Source: Alphaproteobacteria bacterium (GTDB lineage Bacteria > Pseudomonadota > Alphaproteobacteria > UBA2966). From it: a stretch of 64,000 bases of DNA. Below, piece after piece: positions 46,692 through 55,890 of the stretch. How positions within the stretch are numbered: position 1 is the first letter of the stretch; every line of letters starts with the position of its first letter. The stretch is from assembly GCA_964291395.2 (NCBI GenBank), contig OZ219858.1, positions 128,001 through 192,000 of the forward strand, read 5' to 3'. The notes beneath the pieces were generated by a model, which had not been told where the DNA came from, ran no database searches, and worked only from the letters and a program-made list of their open reading frames with translations. The position numbers were made by a program, and so were the translations under genes.

Positions 46692-47420
46692 ATGGTGAAC
46701 TGGCATCGCCTCGCGAACCCGACATCGTTCCTCAAGTGGAGCCGCCGCGTCCTTCCCTGGGCCAGCGTCACGACCGTCATATTGCTGGCCGCCGGACTCT
46801 ATCTCAGCCTGTTCGTGGCGCCGCCGGACTACCAGCAGGGCGAAACGGTTCGCATCATGTTCGTCCACGTGCCGTCGGCCTGGATGGCGCTGTTCACCTA
46901 TACCGTCATGGCGGGCGCCAGCGCCGCGGGTTTGATCTGGAAAAGCCCGCTCTCTCATTTGACGGCGAAGGCCGCGGCTCCCATCGGTGCGTCGTTTACC
47001 CTGCTCGCCTTGGTGACGGGATCCCTGTGGGGTCAACCCATGTGGGGCACGTGGTGGGTCTGGGATGCACGCCTCACCTCGGTTCTGATCCTGTTTTTCC
47101 TGTACCTCGGGTACATCGCGCTCTGGGAGGCGATCGACGACTACACGCGGGCCGCCAAATCCACAGCCATTCTGGCCCTGGTCGGGGTCGTCAACATCCC
47201 GATCATCAAATTCTCGGTGGATTGGTGGAACACGCTGCATCAGCCGGCAAGCGTGCTCCGAATGGACGGCCCATCCATCCACCCCAGTCTGCTGGTACCG
47301 CTGCTGGTGATGGGAGCCGCCTTCACCGGCTACTTCATAGTGGTCCTGCTGATCCGTCTGGAGCGCGAAATTCTGGCCCGCCAGGCACAGGTCTTGCGGC
47401 GCGCGCAATTGCGGAGCTGA
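46692..47420 (+). CDS. ccmC: Heme exporter protein CcmC
   Basis: HVPSAW, WGQPMWGTWWVWDARL (WWD domain), WWNTLHQ. Confidence 0.97.
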   Translation: MVNWHRLANPTSFLKWSRRVLPWASVTTVILLAAGLYLSLFVAPPDYQQGETVRIMFVHVPSAWMALFTYTVMAGASAAGLIWKSPLSHLTAKAAAPIGASFTLLALVTGSLWGQPMWGTWWVWDARLTSVLILFFLYLGYIALWEAIDDYTRAAKSTAILALVGVVNIPIIKFSVDWWNTLHQPASVLRMDGPSIHPSLLVPLLVMGAAFTGYFIVVLLIRLEREILARQAQVLRRAQLRS

Positions 47421-47552
47421 GGACGCGGATCAGATGCATCCGAGCGACGGCACATTCTTGGGGGAGGCCCCGGGTCGCATCCGCGGTCAGGCCGGAAGCG
47501 ACTCCCGCGGCCCGCCACGTGCCGGATGCCACGGCGGGAGAGCATTTCGCGA

Positions 47553-47750
47553 ATGGAGCCCGTGAGCGAGTTTTTGCATATGGGCGGCTACGCTCTGTTC
47601 GTGTGGCCGGCGTTCGCGGTCGCCGCGGTGGTGCTGACGGTGCTCCTCGTGTGGAGCGTTCGCGATCTCCGCAGGGAACGGGACCTGCTCGAATCGCTCC
47701 CCAGACGGCAACCCAAAGCCCAACCCGCCGAGGTTGAAGATGACTCGTAG
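47553..47750 (+). CDS. ccmD: Heme exporter protein CcmD
   Basis: [15 protein letters not shown] then TM and basic tail. Confidence 0.9.
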   Translation: MEPVSEFLHMGGYALFVWPAFAVAAVVLTVLLVWSVRDLRRERDLLESLPRRQPKAQPAEVEDDS

Positions 47751-48177
47751 ACGGCGGCGCCTCTACTTCATCGCTTCGAGCATGGCGATGCTCGGAATCG
47801 CAGCGGCTCTGATACTCAATGCCTTTCAGGAAAATCTCGTGTTCTTTCACAGTCCCAGCGAGATCGTCGGGATGGGAATCTCCGAGGAGCGGCGCTTTCG
47901 GCTGGGCGGGCTGGTCGAAGAGAACAGCGTGGTCAAAGGGGGCGACGGCGTCACGATCTCGTTTCGCGTAACGGATACGGCGGCATCGGTGCCCGTCCGC
48001 TACCGCGGACTGCTGCCCGACTTGTTCCGCGAGGGTCAGGGAGTCGTCGCGGACGGCTCGCTAGACGAGAACGGAACATTCGTCGCGACCGAAATCCTCG
48101 CCAAGCACGACGAAACCTATATGCCGCCCGAGGTCGCGGCGGCGTTGAAAAAAGCGGGTCAATGGCAGGGCGAATAG
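47740..48177 (+). CDS. ccmE: Heme chaperone CcmE
   Basis: [28 protein letters not shown]. Confidence 0.97.
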   Translation: MTRRRRRLYFIASSMAMLGIAAALILNAFQENLVFFHSPSEIVGMGISEERRFRLGGLVEENSVVKGGDGVTISFRVTDTAASVPVRYRGLLPDLFREGQGVVADGSLDENGTFVATEILAKHDETYMPPEVAAALKKAGQWQGE

Positions 48178-48181
48178 CGGG

Positions 48182-50176
48182 ATGATCGTCGAAACCGGAC
48201 ACTATGCACTGATCCTGGCGCTGGCATTGTCCCTCGTACAGGGCACGTTTCCCCTGATCGGCGCTCAGCTTCGCTATGCCCCCTGGATCGCCATGGCCCG
48301 GCCCGTCGCCATCGTTCAATTCGGATTCGTGACGATCTCCTTCGCCGCCCTGACCTATGCCTACGTGGCCTCCGATTTTTCGGTGCTCAACGTCGCCATG
48401 AACTCGCATTCGGCGAAGCCGCTCCTTTACAAGGTGTCGGGGGTCTGGGGGAACCACGAAGGCTCGCTCCTGCTCTGGGTTCTGATACTCACCCTGTTCG
48501 GCGCGACCGTCGCCGCCTTCGGCGGCAACCTGCCGCCCGAGCTGCGGGCCCGCGTGCTGTCGGTTCAGGCTTTGATCGGCACCGGCTTCCTCCTGTTCAT
48601 GCTGTTCACCTCCAACCCCTTCGAGCGGCTGGTCCCCGCGCCCGCAGACGGTCAGGGTTTGAATCCCCTTCTTCAGGACCCCGGGCTGGCGTTCCACCCT
48701 CCGTTCCTCTACCTCGGATACGTGGGATTCTCGATGGCGTTCTCGTTCGCCGTGGCGGCCCTCATCGAAGGCAGGGTGGATGCCGCGTGGGCGCGCTGGG
48801 TCCGGCCCTGGACGCTTGCGGCCTGGTGTTTCCTGACGGTGGGTATCGCGTTGGGTTCCTGGTGGGCCTACTACGAGCTCGGTTGGGGCGGATTCTGGTT
48901 CTGGGACCCCGTCGAAAATGCTTCCTTCATGCCCTGGCTTGCCGGTACGGCGCTGTTGCACACCGCCGTCGTGGTCGAGAAGCGCGACGCGCTGAAGAGC
49001 TGGACCATCCTGCTCGCGATCCTGACGTTCTCGCTCAGCCTTCTGGGCACGTTCCTGGTGCGCTCGGGAGTTCTGACGTCCGTGCACGCTTTTGCGACAG
49101 ATCCGGCGCGGGGCGTCTTCATCCTGGCGTTTCTCGTGCTCGTCGCGGGTGGCTCGCTGACCCTGTTCGCTATTCGGGCACCGGGCCTGAAGGGAGGCGG
49201 CCTGTTCGCGCCCCTCAGCCGTGAAGGCGCTCTGGTTCTCAACAACCTGCTGCTGACGACCGCCTGCGCGACGGTTCTGCTGGGCACGTTGTATCCGCTG
49301 TTCCTCGATGCCCTGACCGGCGAGAAGGTCTCGGTGGGCCCGCCGTATTTCCATGCGACATTCGTACCGCTGATGGTGCCGGCCGTCGTGGCGGCCGGCA
49401 TCGGCCCATTGCTGGCCTGGAAGAGGGGTGACTTGGCGGGCGCCCTCTCCCGCCTGCGCCTGGCCCTGGTGTTCGCCCTCGCGGTCCCGCTGGCGACGCT
49501 GATGTTCGCGGCGAAAGCCCCGATGCTCGCGGTGCTGGGCACCGCGCTCGGCACTTGGCTCGTCGCGGCGTCCATCGGTGAATTCGCGCAGCGCGTTCGG
49601 TTGTTCGGTGCGTCCCCTGGTGAGACCTGGCGGCGCGCCAGGCACCTCCCGCGGGCGGCGTACGGCATGACCATTGCACATGCCGGCGCGGGTGTCGTCA
49701 TCCTGGGGATCGTCGTCAGCGTGACCTGGGAGACCGAACGGCTCCAAGTCGTCCAGGCCGGCGAATCCGTCCCCGTGGGCGGATACGAGTTCACGTTCCG
49801 GGGTGTCGAGGACGTCAAGGGCCCCAACTACGATGCGGTCCGGGGCATTTTCGACGTGACGCGCGACGGCGACCTCGTCACCGTGATGACCCCGGAAACA
49901 CGGACCTACGATACGTCTCCGCAAACCACGACGGAAGCGGCCATTCATCCGACCCTGACTTCGGATCTCTACGCCGTCATCGGCGACCCGGACGGTTCGG
50001 GCGGCTGGGCGGCGCGTCTCTATCACAAGCCCTTGGTCAACTGGATCTGGCTCGGGGCCATCCTCGTGGCCGTCGGCGGAATCGTCTCGCTAACCGACCG
50101 GAGGCACCGGGTGGGCGCACCCAGGCGCAAGGCGGGACGCGCCGAGTCAGGCGCGGCACGGGCCGCGAGAGCGTGA
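48182..50176 (+). CDS. ccmF: Cytochrome c heme lyase CcmF
   Basis: WGNHEGS, FHPPFLY, WGGFWFWDPVENAS, SVHAFA. Confidence 0.98.
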   Translation: MIVETGHYALILALALSLVQGTFPLIGAQLRYAPWIAMARPVAIVQFGFVTISFAALTYAYVASDFSVLNVAMNSHSAKPLLYKVSGVWGNHEGSLLLWVLILTLFGATVAAFGGNLPPELRARVLSVQALIGTGFLLFMLFTSNPFERLVPAPADGQGLNPLLQDPGLAFHPPFLYLGYVGFSMAFSFAVAALIEGRVDAAWARWVRPWTLAAWCFLTVGIALGSWWAYYELGWGGFWFWDPVENASFMPWLAGTALLHTAVVVEKRDALKSWTILLAILTFSLSLLGTFLVRSGVLTSVHAFATDPARGVFILAFLVLVAGGSLTLFAIRAPGLKGGGLFAPLSREGALVLNNLLLTTACATVLLGTLYPLFLDALTGEKVSVGPPYFHATFVPLMVPAVVAAGIGPLLAWKRGDLAGALSRLRLALVFALAVPLATLMFAAKAPMLAVLGTALGTWLVAASIGEFAQRVRLFGASPGETWRRARHLPRAAYGMTIAHAGAGVVILGIVVSVTWETERLQVVQAGESVPVGGYEFTFRGVEDVKGPNYDAVRGIFDVTRDGDLVTVMTPETRTYDTSPQTTTEAAIHPTLTSDLYAVIGDPDGSGGWAARLYHKPLVNWIWLGAILVAVGGIVSLTDRRHRVGAPRRKAGRAESGAARAARA

Positions 50177-50183
50177 GCGGCCC

Positions 50184-50717
50184 ATGCGGCTCAGCTACGT
50201 CCTGCCACTGGCGCTGTTCGCGGTCGTCGCGGTCGCGCTCGGTATCGGTCTGACGCTCAACCCCCGTCTCATTCCGTCGGCCCTCATCGACAAACCGGTC
50301 CCCGACTTCTCCCTGCCCCCCGTCGACGGGCGGCCCGACGGATTGGCCGCGGCCGATCTCCGGACGGGAGAGGTCGCCATCGTCAACGTCTTCGCGTCGT
50401 GGTGCGGCCCCTGCCGAATAGAGCATCCGCTGTTGATGGAAATCGCGCGCGGTGGCGAAGTCCCGGTTCACGGGATCAACTACAAGGATCTGCCCCGAAA
50501 TGCCATGGCCTGGCTCAAACGATATGGAGATCCCTATGGGCGCGTCGGTTCCGACCGAAACGGCCGGGTCAGCATAGACTGGGGCGTCTACGGCCTTCCC
50601 GAGACCTTCGTGGTCGATCGACGGGGACGCATCGCCTTCAAGCACGTCGGACCGATGATGCCGGAAGACTTGCATCAGCGGATACTGCCGCTCGTCAGGG
50701 AGCTCCAGGACCGGTGA
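50184..50717 (+). CDS. ccmG: Thiol:disulfide interchange protein CcmG/DsbE
   Basis: FASWCGPC, GINYKD, WGVYGLPETF. Confidence 0.95.
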   Translation: MRLSYVLPLALFAVVAVALGIGLTLNPRLIPSALIDKPVPDFSLPPVDGRPDGLAAADLRTGEVAIVNVFASWCGPCRIEHPLLMEIARGGEVPVHGINYKDLPRNAMAWLKRYGDPYGRVGSDRNGRVSIDWGVYGLPETFVVDRRGRIAFKHVGPMMPEDLHQRILPLVRELQDR

Positions 50718-51214
50718 TACAGGCCTTTCATCGTTTTCTGCTGCTGGCCGCCGCCGCGTGCGTGGTATCGCTGGCGGCACCTCCGCCGGCGGTTGCCATC
50801 GGCGTGGACCGGCCGCTCCCCGATCCGGCACTCGAAGCGCGGGCTCGTGCCATTCACAAGCAGCTCCGTTGCCTCGTTTGCCAGAACCAGTCGATCGACG
50901 ACTCCAACGCCGATCTCGCGCGGGATCTGCGCGTTCTCGTTCGGGAACGCATTTCGCTGGGAGATTCCGACGCGGAGGTTCTCGACTTCGTCGTCGACCG
51001 TTACGGCGACTGGGTGCTGCTCGACCCGCCGCTCAACGTTCGGACGTTCGCTCTCTGGCTGGGCCCCGCCGCACTGCTGCTTCTGGGCGCGGGGTTCGCC
51101 ATTGCCGTCTTCCGTCAGCAGCGCCGCAGCCCCGAGCCTGCATCCGACGCCCTGACACCCGAAGAACGAGCACGCGTCGAGGCACTGCTCGAGCGCGATG
51201 GGGACGCCTCCTGA
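50714..51214 (+). CDS. ccmH: Cytochrome c biogenesis protein CcmH (CycL)
   Basis: LRCLVCQNQSIDDS, RYGDWVLLDPP; GTG start overlaps the ccmG stop. Confidence 0.95.
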   Translation: MIQAFHRFLLLAAAACVVSLAAPPPAVAIGVDRPLPDPALEARARAIHKQLRCLVCQNQSIDDSNADLARDLRVLVRERISLGDSDAEVLDFVVDRYGDWVLLDPPLNVRTFALWLGPAALLLLGAGFAIAVFRQQRRSPEPASDALTPEERARVEALLERDGDAS

Positions 51215-52600
51215 TGCTGCTCTGGACGGTCTTCGCCATTCTCACCGTAATCGCACTCCTCGGCCCGGTGTTGCCTTTATTGCGCGGCACCCGCGACGAA
51301 CATCCGCGCGCCGATTACGATCTTCAGGTCTATCGCCATCAGCTCGACGAACTTCAGAACGACCTCGACCGCGGAGCCATCTCGACCGAGGAACAGGCGG
51401 CCGCCCGCACGGAAATCGAGCGCCGAATCCTGTCGACCGAAACCGCGGATGGGCGGCGGCCCCGCACGCCATCCGCAACGCCTCAGATCGCCGGTGCCAT
51501 CGTGGCGGCCGTCGGGATACCGGCACTGGCGTCGGGCCTGTACCTCTACCTGGGCTCGCCGCAATCATCGGATCGACCGCTCGCCGACCGGCCTACCGCG
51601 GCGGCAACGCGACCGGCCTCCGTCGACGACCTGCAAACGGCCGTCAGCCGCCTTCGGGCCCGTCTGGCACGCGGTTCGGAAAGCCTCGCGGATTGGCTGC
51701 TTCTCGGTCAGTCGTACACGGCCATGCGGCGCTTCGACGACGCCGTGGCGGCATACAGGCAGGCGGATGGCTTGCAGCCGGATGACCCGAACATCATGGC
51801 CGCGCTCGGAGAGTCGCTCGTCCTCGCGGCGGGCGGCACGGTGACGCCCGAGGCGCAGGCGGTGTTCCGCAGCGCCCATGCCCTGAACGACCGGCTTCCC
51901 GGCCCGCGGTTCTACATGGGGTTGGCGCGCGCGCAGGCAGGAGATCCACGAGAGGCCTACGACATCTGGCTCGCGCTCGCCAACGATTCGGAGTTGGATG
52001 CGCCATGGCGGCCCGAGCTGATCGCGCGCCTCGAGGAGGTCGGCGCCGAACTGGAGAAGGAAGCCGCCGCCGTGCCGAAGGACACGCCCGCCGGAAGGAC
52101 AGCCGGCGAATCCGCCCCGGTGCGAGGCCCCATGCGGGAAGATGTCGAAGCGGCTGCCGGCATGTCCGCCGGCGACCGCGCCGAGATGATCCGCGGAATG
52201 GTCGCGGGACTCGCGGAACGCCTGGAAGAAAACCCCGGCGATATCCAGGGATGGATCATGCTGGCCCGGTCCTATCGGGTCCTCAATCGACCCGAAAAGG
52301 CACGGGACGCTCTCCGCCGGGCACGGGAGGCGGCACCCGACGACCCCGGGACGCTGGTTCAACTGGGCGCGGCGATCGTCGATGCCGGCGGTCGGGACGG
52401 ACCGCTGCCGGCGGAAGCCGTCGCGCTGTTTCGGCGGGCGCTGGATCTCGATGCCCGGAACGCTGCAATACTTCGTCGGGATGGCCCATGCCCGGTCCGG
52501 CGACGTCGACCGGCCGAAAAGTCTGGAACCGGCTCCTCGCGCAACTCGACGAAAATCGCGCCTATCCGTTCGGCAACAGATCGACGGTGCGACACGCTGA
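51214..52600 (+). CDS. ccmI: Cytochrome c biogenesis TPR protein CcmI (CycH); 3' end frameshifted in this sequence
   Basis: VYRHQLDEL, LYLYLGSP, TPR repeats; after ~52465 the TPR-like tail jumps frames (YFVGMAHARSGD / KVWNRLLAQLDEN / SVRQQIDGATR*). Confidence 0.88.
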
Positions 52601-52688
52601 TGTCCGGACGGGGCCGGTCATGGGCGGAGGACAGATTCGTACCAAGGGTTGAAGATCAGAGACCACCCAACCCGGACCGGACCGACTA

Positions 52689-53856
52689 TGCGAATCCAAA
52701 TTGGGGGTCGGGATCGTGGTCGCCGTTTGCGGATGGCCTACCTGGTCATGACAGGGGAACGCGGTCTGTCCGCCGACAAGCCGATGAGGAGCCTCGACGT
52801 CTCGCGGCTGAGCGCGGAGGAGACGGCCGCGCTGGGCTGGAATCCCAAGGTCTCGACGCGGTGTTCAAGTTCGCTGCATCGTTGAACGGACTCCCTGGCA
52901 ATCGTGACGGGAGGCAAGACCGTCGCGTCGTTCGGCGATCCGGGCAGGGCCTACCGCGGGCAAAGCGCTGGAGCGCGATCGTGGGACAGCACCGAGACCG
53001 GACGCGGAGGGGTCTCCGGCAGACACTCTGGGCGACCTGGATATCGAGTCGCCGCAGCCGCTCACGGCGCTGCAAAAGACGACCACGGTCAGGATCTGCT
53101 GAAGAGCGTCTCGGGCATCAACCGCCCCGCCGCCGCCGAAGGGGGGCTGACCGCCGAGAAGGATCGTCTGCTGGGCAAGGGGGAGAACACGCCTGGCACC
53201 AAGTGGGCCTACAACAACTGGGACTACAATGTCCTGACGACCGTCTTCGAAAGCCGCACGGCGACTGACTGTTGCCGAGGCGTTTCTGAACGGGATCGCC
53301 CGGCCGGTCGGGATGCGATTTCACCGTGGACGCGGTCCGATATCGAGAGGAACCGATAGGTTTCAAGGCATCGCGCGGCCGGGTTCACGATGTCGACGCG
53401 CGACCTTGTCCGGTTCGGTCAACTCTATCTCGATCGGGGTCGGGTCGACGGCCAGCAAGTCATCGCCGCCGAATGGATCGACCGCATCCACGGGGACATG
53501 ACACCGACCGGGCGAAACGATTTGCGATGGGGACATGGCTACCTGTGGTGGGTTCCCGGCCCGGACACTGGCCTTCCCAAGGGCACGTACTGGGCCTGGG
53601 GGCTTGGCAACCAAGCGGTTTTCGTCATACCGGCGTGGGACACGGTCATCGTTCACCGGCGGACACGACGGAATTCAGGAAGCGTTTCTTTCCCTCGATT
53701 GAACAAGGCAAGGATGCGGAAGAGGTACTATTGAAGATGATCCGGAGTTGCAGAAGCAGAGATAATCGAGGGTCCGAATACTGCATTGAGCACCGCCTTA
53801 TCACGCGAAGGGAGTTCGAGGGATTGGTCGCGCGCATAGTCGATGCGCGACTTTAG
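52689..53856 (+). pseudogene. Serine hydrolase (beta-lactamase/AmpC family) broken by many frameshifts; pseudogene or sequencing artefact
   Basis: Fragments in three frames: VASFGDP, DLLKSVSG, PGTKWAYNNWDYNVL (YxN), MSTRDLVRFGQLYL, GYLWW, GLGNQAVFVIP; SxxK not readable; start uncertain. Confidence 0.75.
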
Positions 53857-54105
53857 TGTCTGAATCATAATGGTATCAAATAGTTACAGTTACTTGGCTT
53901 GGTGGAAGGCGGCGCATGAGAACGCGGATTGGAGCCAGCCGGAGCGCCACGATGGATCGCTCGAAGTCCTTGGAGAGGCGTCGGCTCCAGTCCCCTTCGT
54001 CCGTTCGTGCGGTTCATCTACCGGAACCGATGTTCGGACCCTCGGCCATGGCCGCGCGGGAACACGGTGTCGAGCATGTCGACGACCGTCGGTGCGACTG
54101 TCCGA

Positions 54106-54276
54106 TCAGGCGCCTTCCGCAAGGCGCCGGCAGACTGCTTCGAGCAAGGCCCTCACCTGTCCGAGGGCCTTGACGCGGTCGAGTGGTCCGGTGCCGACGT
54201 CAGCACCGATATATCGGAACTGAACGGCGTAAGGGGCGTAGTCGATCAATGCGTCAAAGCGCACCGCATCCGGGTC
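54106..54276 (-). pseudogene. C-terminal remnant of a HEPN-domain protein
   Basis: DPDAVRFDALIDYAPYAVQFRYIGADVGTGPLDRVKALGQVRALLEAVCRRL resembles the PYAVxxRY C-terminal half of MNT-associated HEPN proteins; N-terminal half absent. Confidence 0.55.
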
Positions 54277-54327
54277 CGGGCAGGTGCCGTCTGGACCCGA
54301 TCGGAACGCCTGACTTAAGTTTGCGCC

Positions 54328-54918
54328 ATGCCCTCCAAAACCGGCACCGGCGACCCTCCGGGCAGCGCCGAAAACTTTGCCCTCCGAACCCCCGACGGGG
54401 AGGATCGTCCGCGTCTGGTATGCGATACCTGCGGATTCATCAATTACGTAAACCCGCGTGTCGTCGTGGGTACCGTCTGCGCTTGGCGGGAACGTATCCT
54501 CATGTGCCGGCGTGCCATCGAGCCGAGGACCGGGTTCTGGACGATCCCGGCAGGATATCTCGAAGAAAAGGAAACGGTGATGGATGGGGCCAAACGGGAA
54601 GCCAGGGAGGAAGCGTGCGCGGACGTAGACCTGGACAGCGTTCTCTCCATCTACACCGTTCCCCGCATCAGCCAGGTCCAAATCATCTATCGCGGAACCC
54701 TGCGGTCGCCGGATGTGGCACCGGGGCCGGAGTCCCAAGAGGTAGCCCTGCTGACCTGGGACGAGATTCCGTGGGACGACATCGCGTTTCCCAGCGTCCA
54801 CTGGGCGCTCAATCATTTTCGCGAGGTCAGGGAATTGCGCTCTTTCCCGCCGTTCGCGAATCCGGAGGGCGAAACCGGAGACCGGATACCGGGCGAAACC
54901 CGGCATCCCGGACAATAG
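54328..54918 (+). CDS. NUDIX hydrolase
   Basis: RLVCDTCGFINYVNPR N-terminal segment; Nudix box PAGYLEEKETVMDGAKREAREEA; WDEIPWDDIAF. Confidence 0.92.
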   Translation: MPSKTGTGDPPGSAENFALRTPDGEDRPRLVCDTCGFINYVNPRVVVGTVCAWRERILMCRRAIEPRTGFWTIPAGYLEEKETVMDGAKREAREEACADVDLDSVLSIYTVPRISQVQIIYRGTLRSPDVAPGPESQEVALLTWDEIPWDDIAFPSVHWALNHFREVRELRSFPPFANPEGETGDRIPGETRHPGQ

Positions 54919-54954
54919 GCATCTCCGTCGGAAGCGTGCCGGCGCGACGGCCCG

Positions 54955-55533
54955 TCAGGTGGTATCGCGCTGCTCGGCGTATCGGTGCATCAGCGGCGTC
55001 TGCGCCAGCGCGAACACGACCGTCAGCGGCAGAAACCCGAAAACCTTGAACGTGACCCAGGTGTCGGTGGAGAAATTCCTCCACACGATCTCGTTCACAA
55101 CGGCCATTGCCACGAAAAAGAGCCCCCAGCGAATGGCCAGGAGACGCCAACCCTCGTCACTCAGCGCGACCATGGTGCCGAGCAGCGTCCTGACGTAGTT
55201 CTTGCCGAACGCCATTCCCCCGAAGATCGCCGCCGCGAACAGCACGTTGACGATGGTGGGCTTGAGCTTGATGAATATCTCGTCCTGGAGATAGAGCGTC
55301 AAACCGCCGAACACGAGCACGATCAGCCCCGACACGAGGGGCAACGTGGGAATGTGCCGGGCCGCAGCGTAGGCCACACCGAGCGACACGACGATGGCGC
55401 CCATGAACACGCCGGTCGCGGCGAAGATCCCGTAACCCGCGTTGACGGCGAAAAAGACGAGCAGCGGCCCCATCTCGATCCCAAGCCGGAGGACCGGATT
55501 CATCGCCTGATATCGATTGGCCTGAGTGGTCAT
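54955..55533 (-). CDS. yciB: Inner membrane protein YciB (intracellular septation protein A)
   Basis: EMGPLLVFF, FGGLTL, FIKLKPTI, NEIVWR, WVTFKVFG; start 55533 or 55503. Confidence 0.95.
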   Translation of the reverse strand: MTTQANRYQAMNPVLRLGIEMGPLLVFFAVNAGYGIFAATGVFMGAIVVSLGVAYAAARHIPTLPLVSGLIVLVFGGLTLYLQDEIFIKLKPTIVNVLFAAAIFGGMAFGKNYVRTLLGTMVALSDEGWRLLAIRWGLFFVAMAVVNEIVWRNFSTDTWVTFKVFGFLPLTVVFALAQTPLMHRYAEQRDTT

Positions 55534-55689
55534 GGGCGGTGCGTTGCGGATCTCGGAGACGTGCGCGACCTGGGATCGCGGCATAACGTGGGCGCGCGCA
55601 CCGAAATGGTCAAGGCCTGCCGCGGCGCACACACGTGCAGATGAAGCGTGAATGCCGACGCGCCTATGCTGAAACTCCGGACTGATGGA

Positions 55690-55774
55690 GCCGGAGCAAT
55701 TCGATATTCCGAAACTGGGTGCCCGAGGGCAATCGGGGCGCGGCGTTTTCCTTCGCCCCGATGCTCCGGCGCCA
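55690..55774 (+). other. Multibranch RNA-like structure with tRNA-like 3' end (not a canonical tRNA)
   Basis: Closing stem GCCGGAGC/GCTCCGGC followed by GCCA; inner stems TTCG/CGAA, TGCCC/GGGCA, ATCGGGGCG/CGCCCCGAT; no TTCRA T-loop. Confidence 0.3.
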
Positions 55775-55890
55775 CGCCGGCAAGATCGATCACGGCGCCG
55801 CGCTCGTTCAGATAGATCCCGTCGTCAACGGCATATGACAAGCGACACACGGGAATTTGGATTCCCTGTCCGCGCGCGCCCCGCCATAGT

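Noticed and set aside
50758-53268. 836-aa ORF suggesting a CcmI fusion protein
   Set aside because: The N-terminal part overlaps ccmH out of frame and the C-terminal part is frameshift read-through; real ccmI is about 51214-52600
54060-54305. Hairpin-rich ncRNA upstream of the NUDIX gene
   Set aside because: Mostly coincides with the HEPN coding remnant on the minus strand; short GC-rich stems are expected by chance
55690-55774. Canonical tRNA gene
   Set aside because: No T-loop consensus and no 5-bp/7-nt anticodon arm; kept only as a tRNA-like structure
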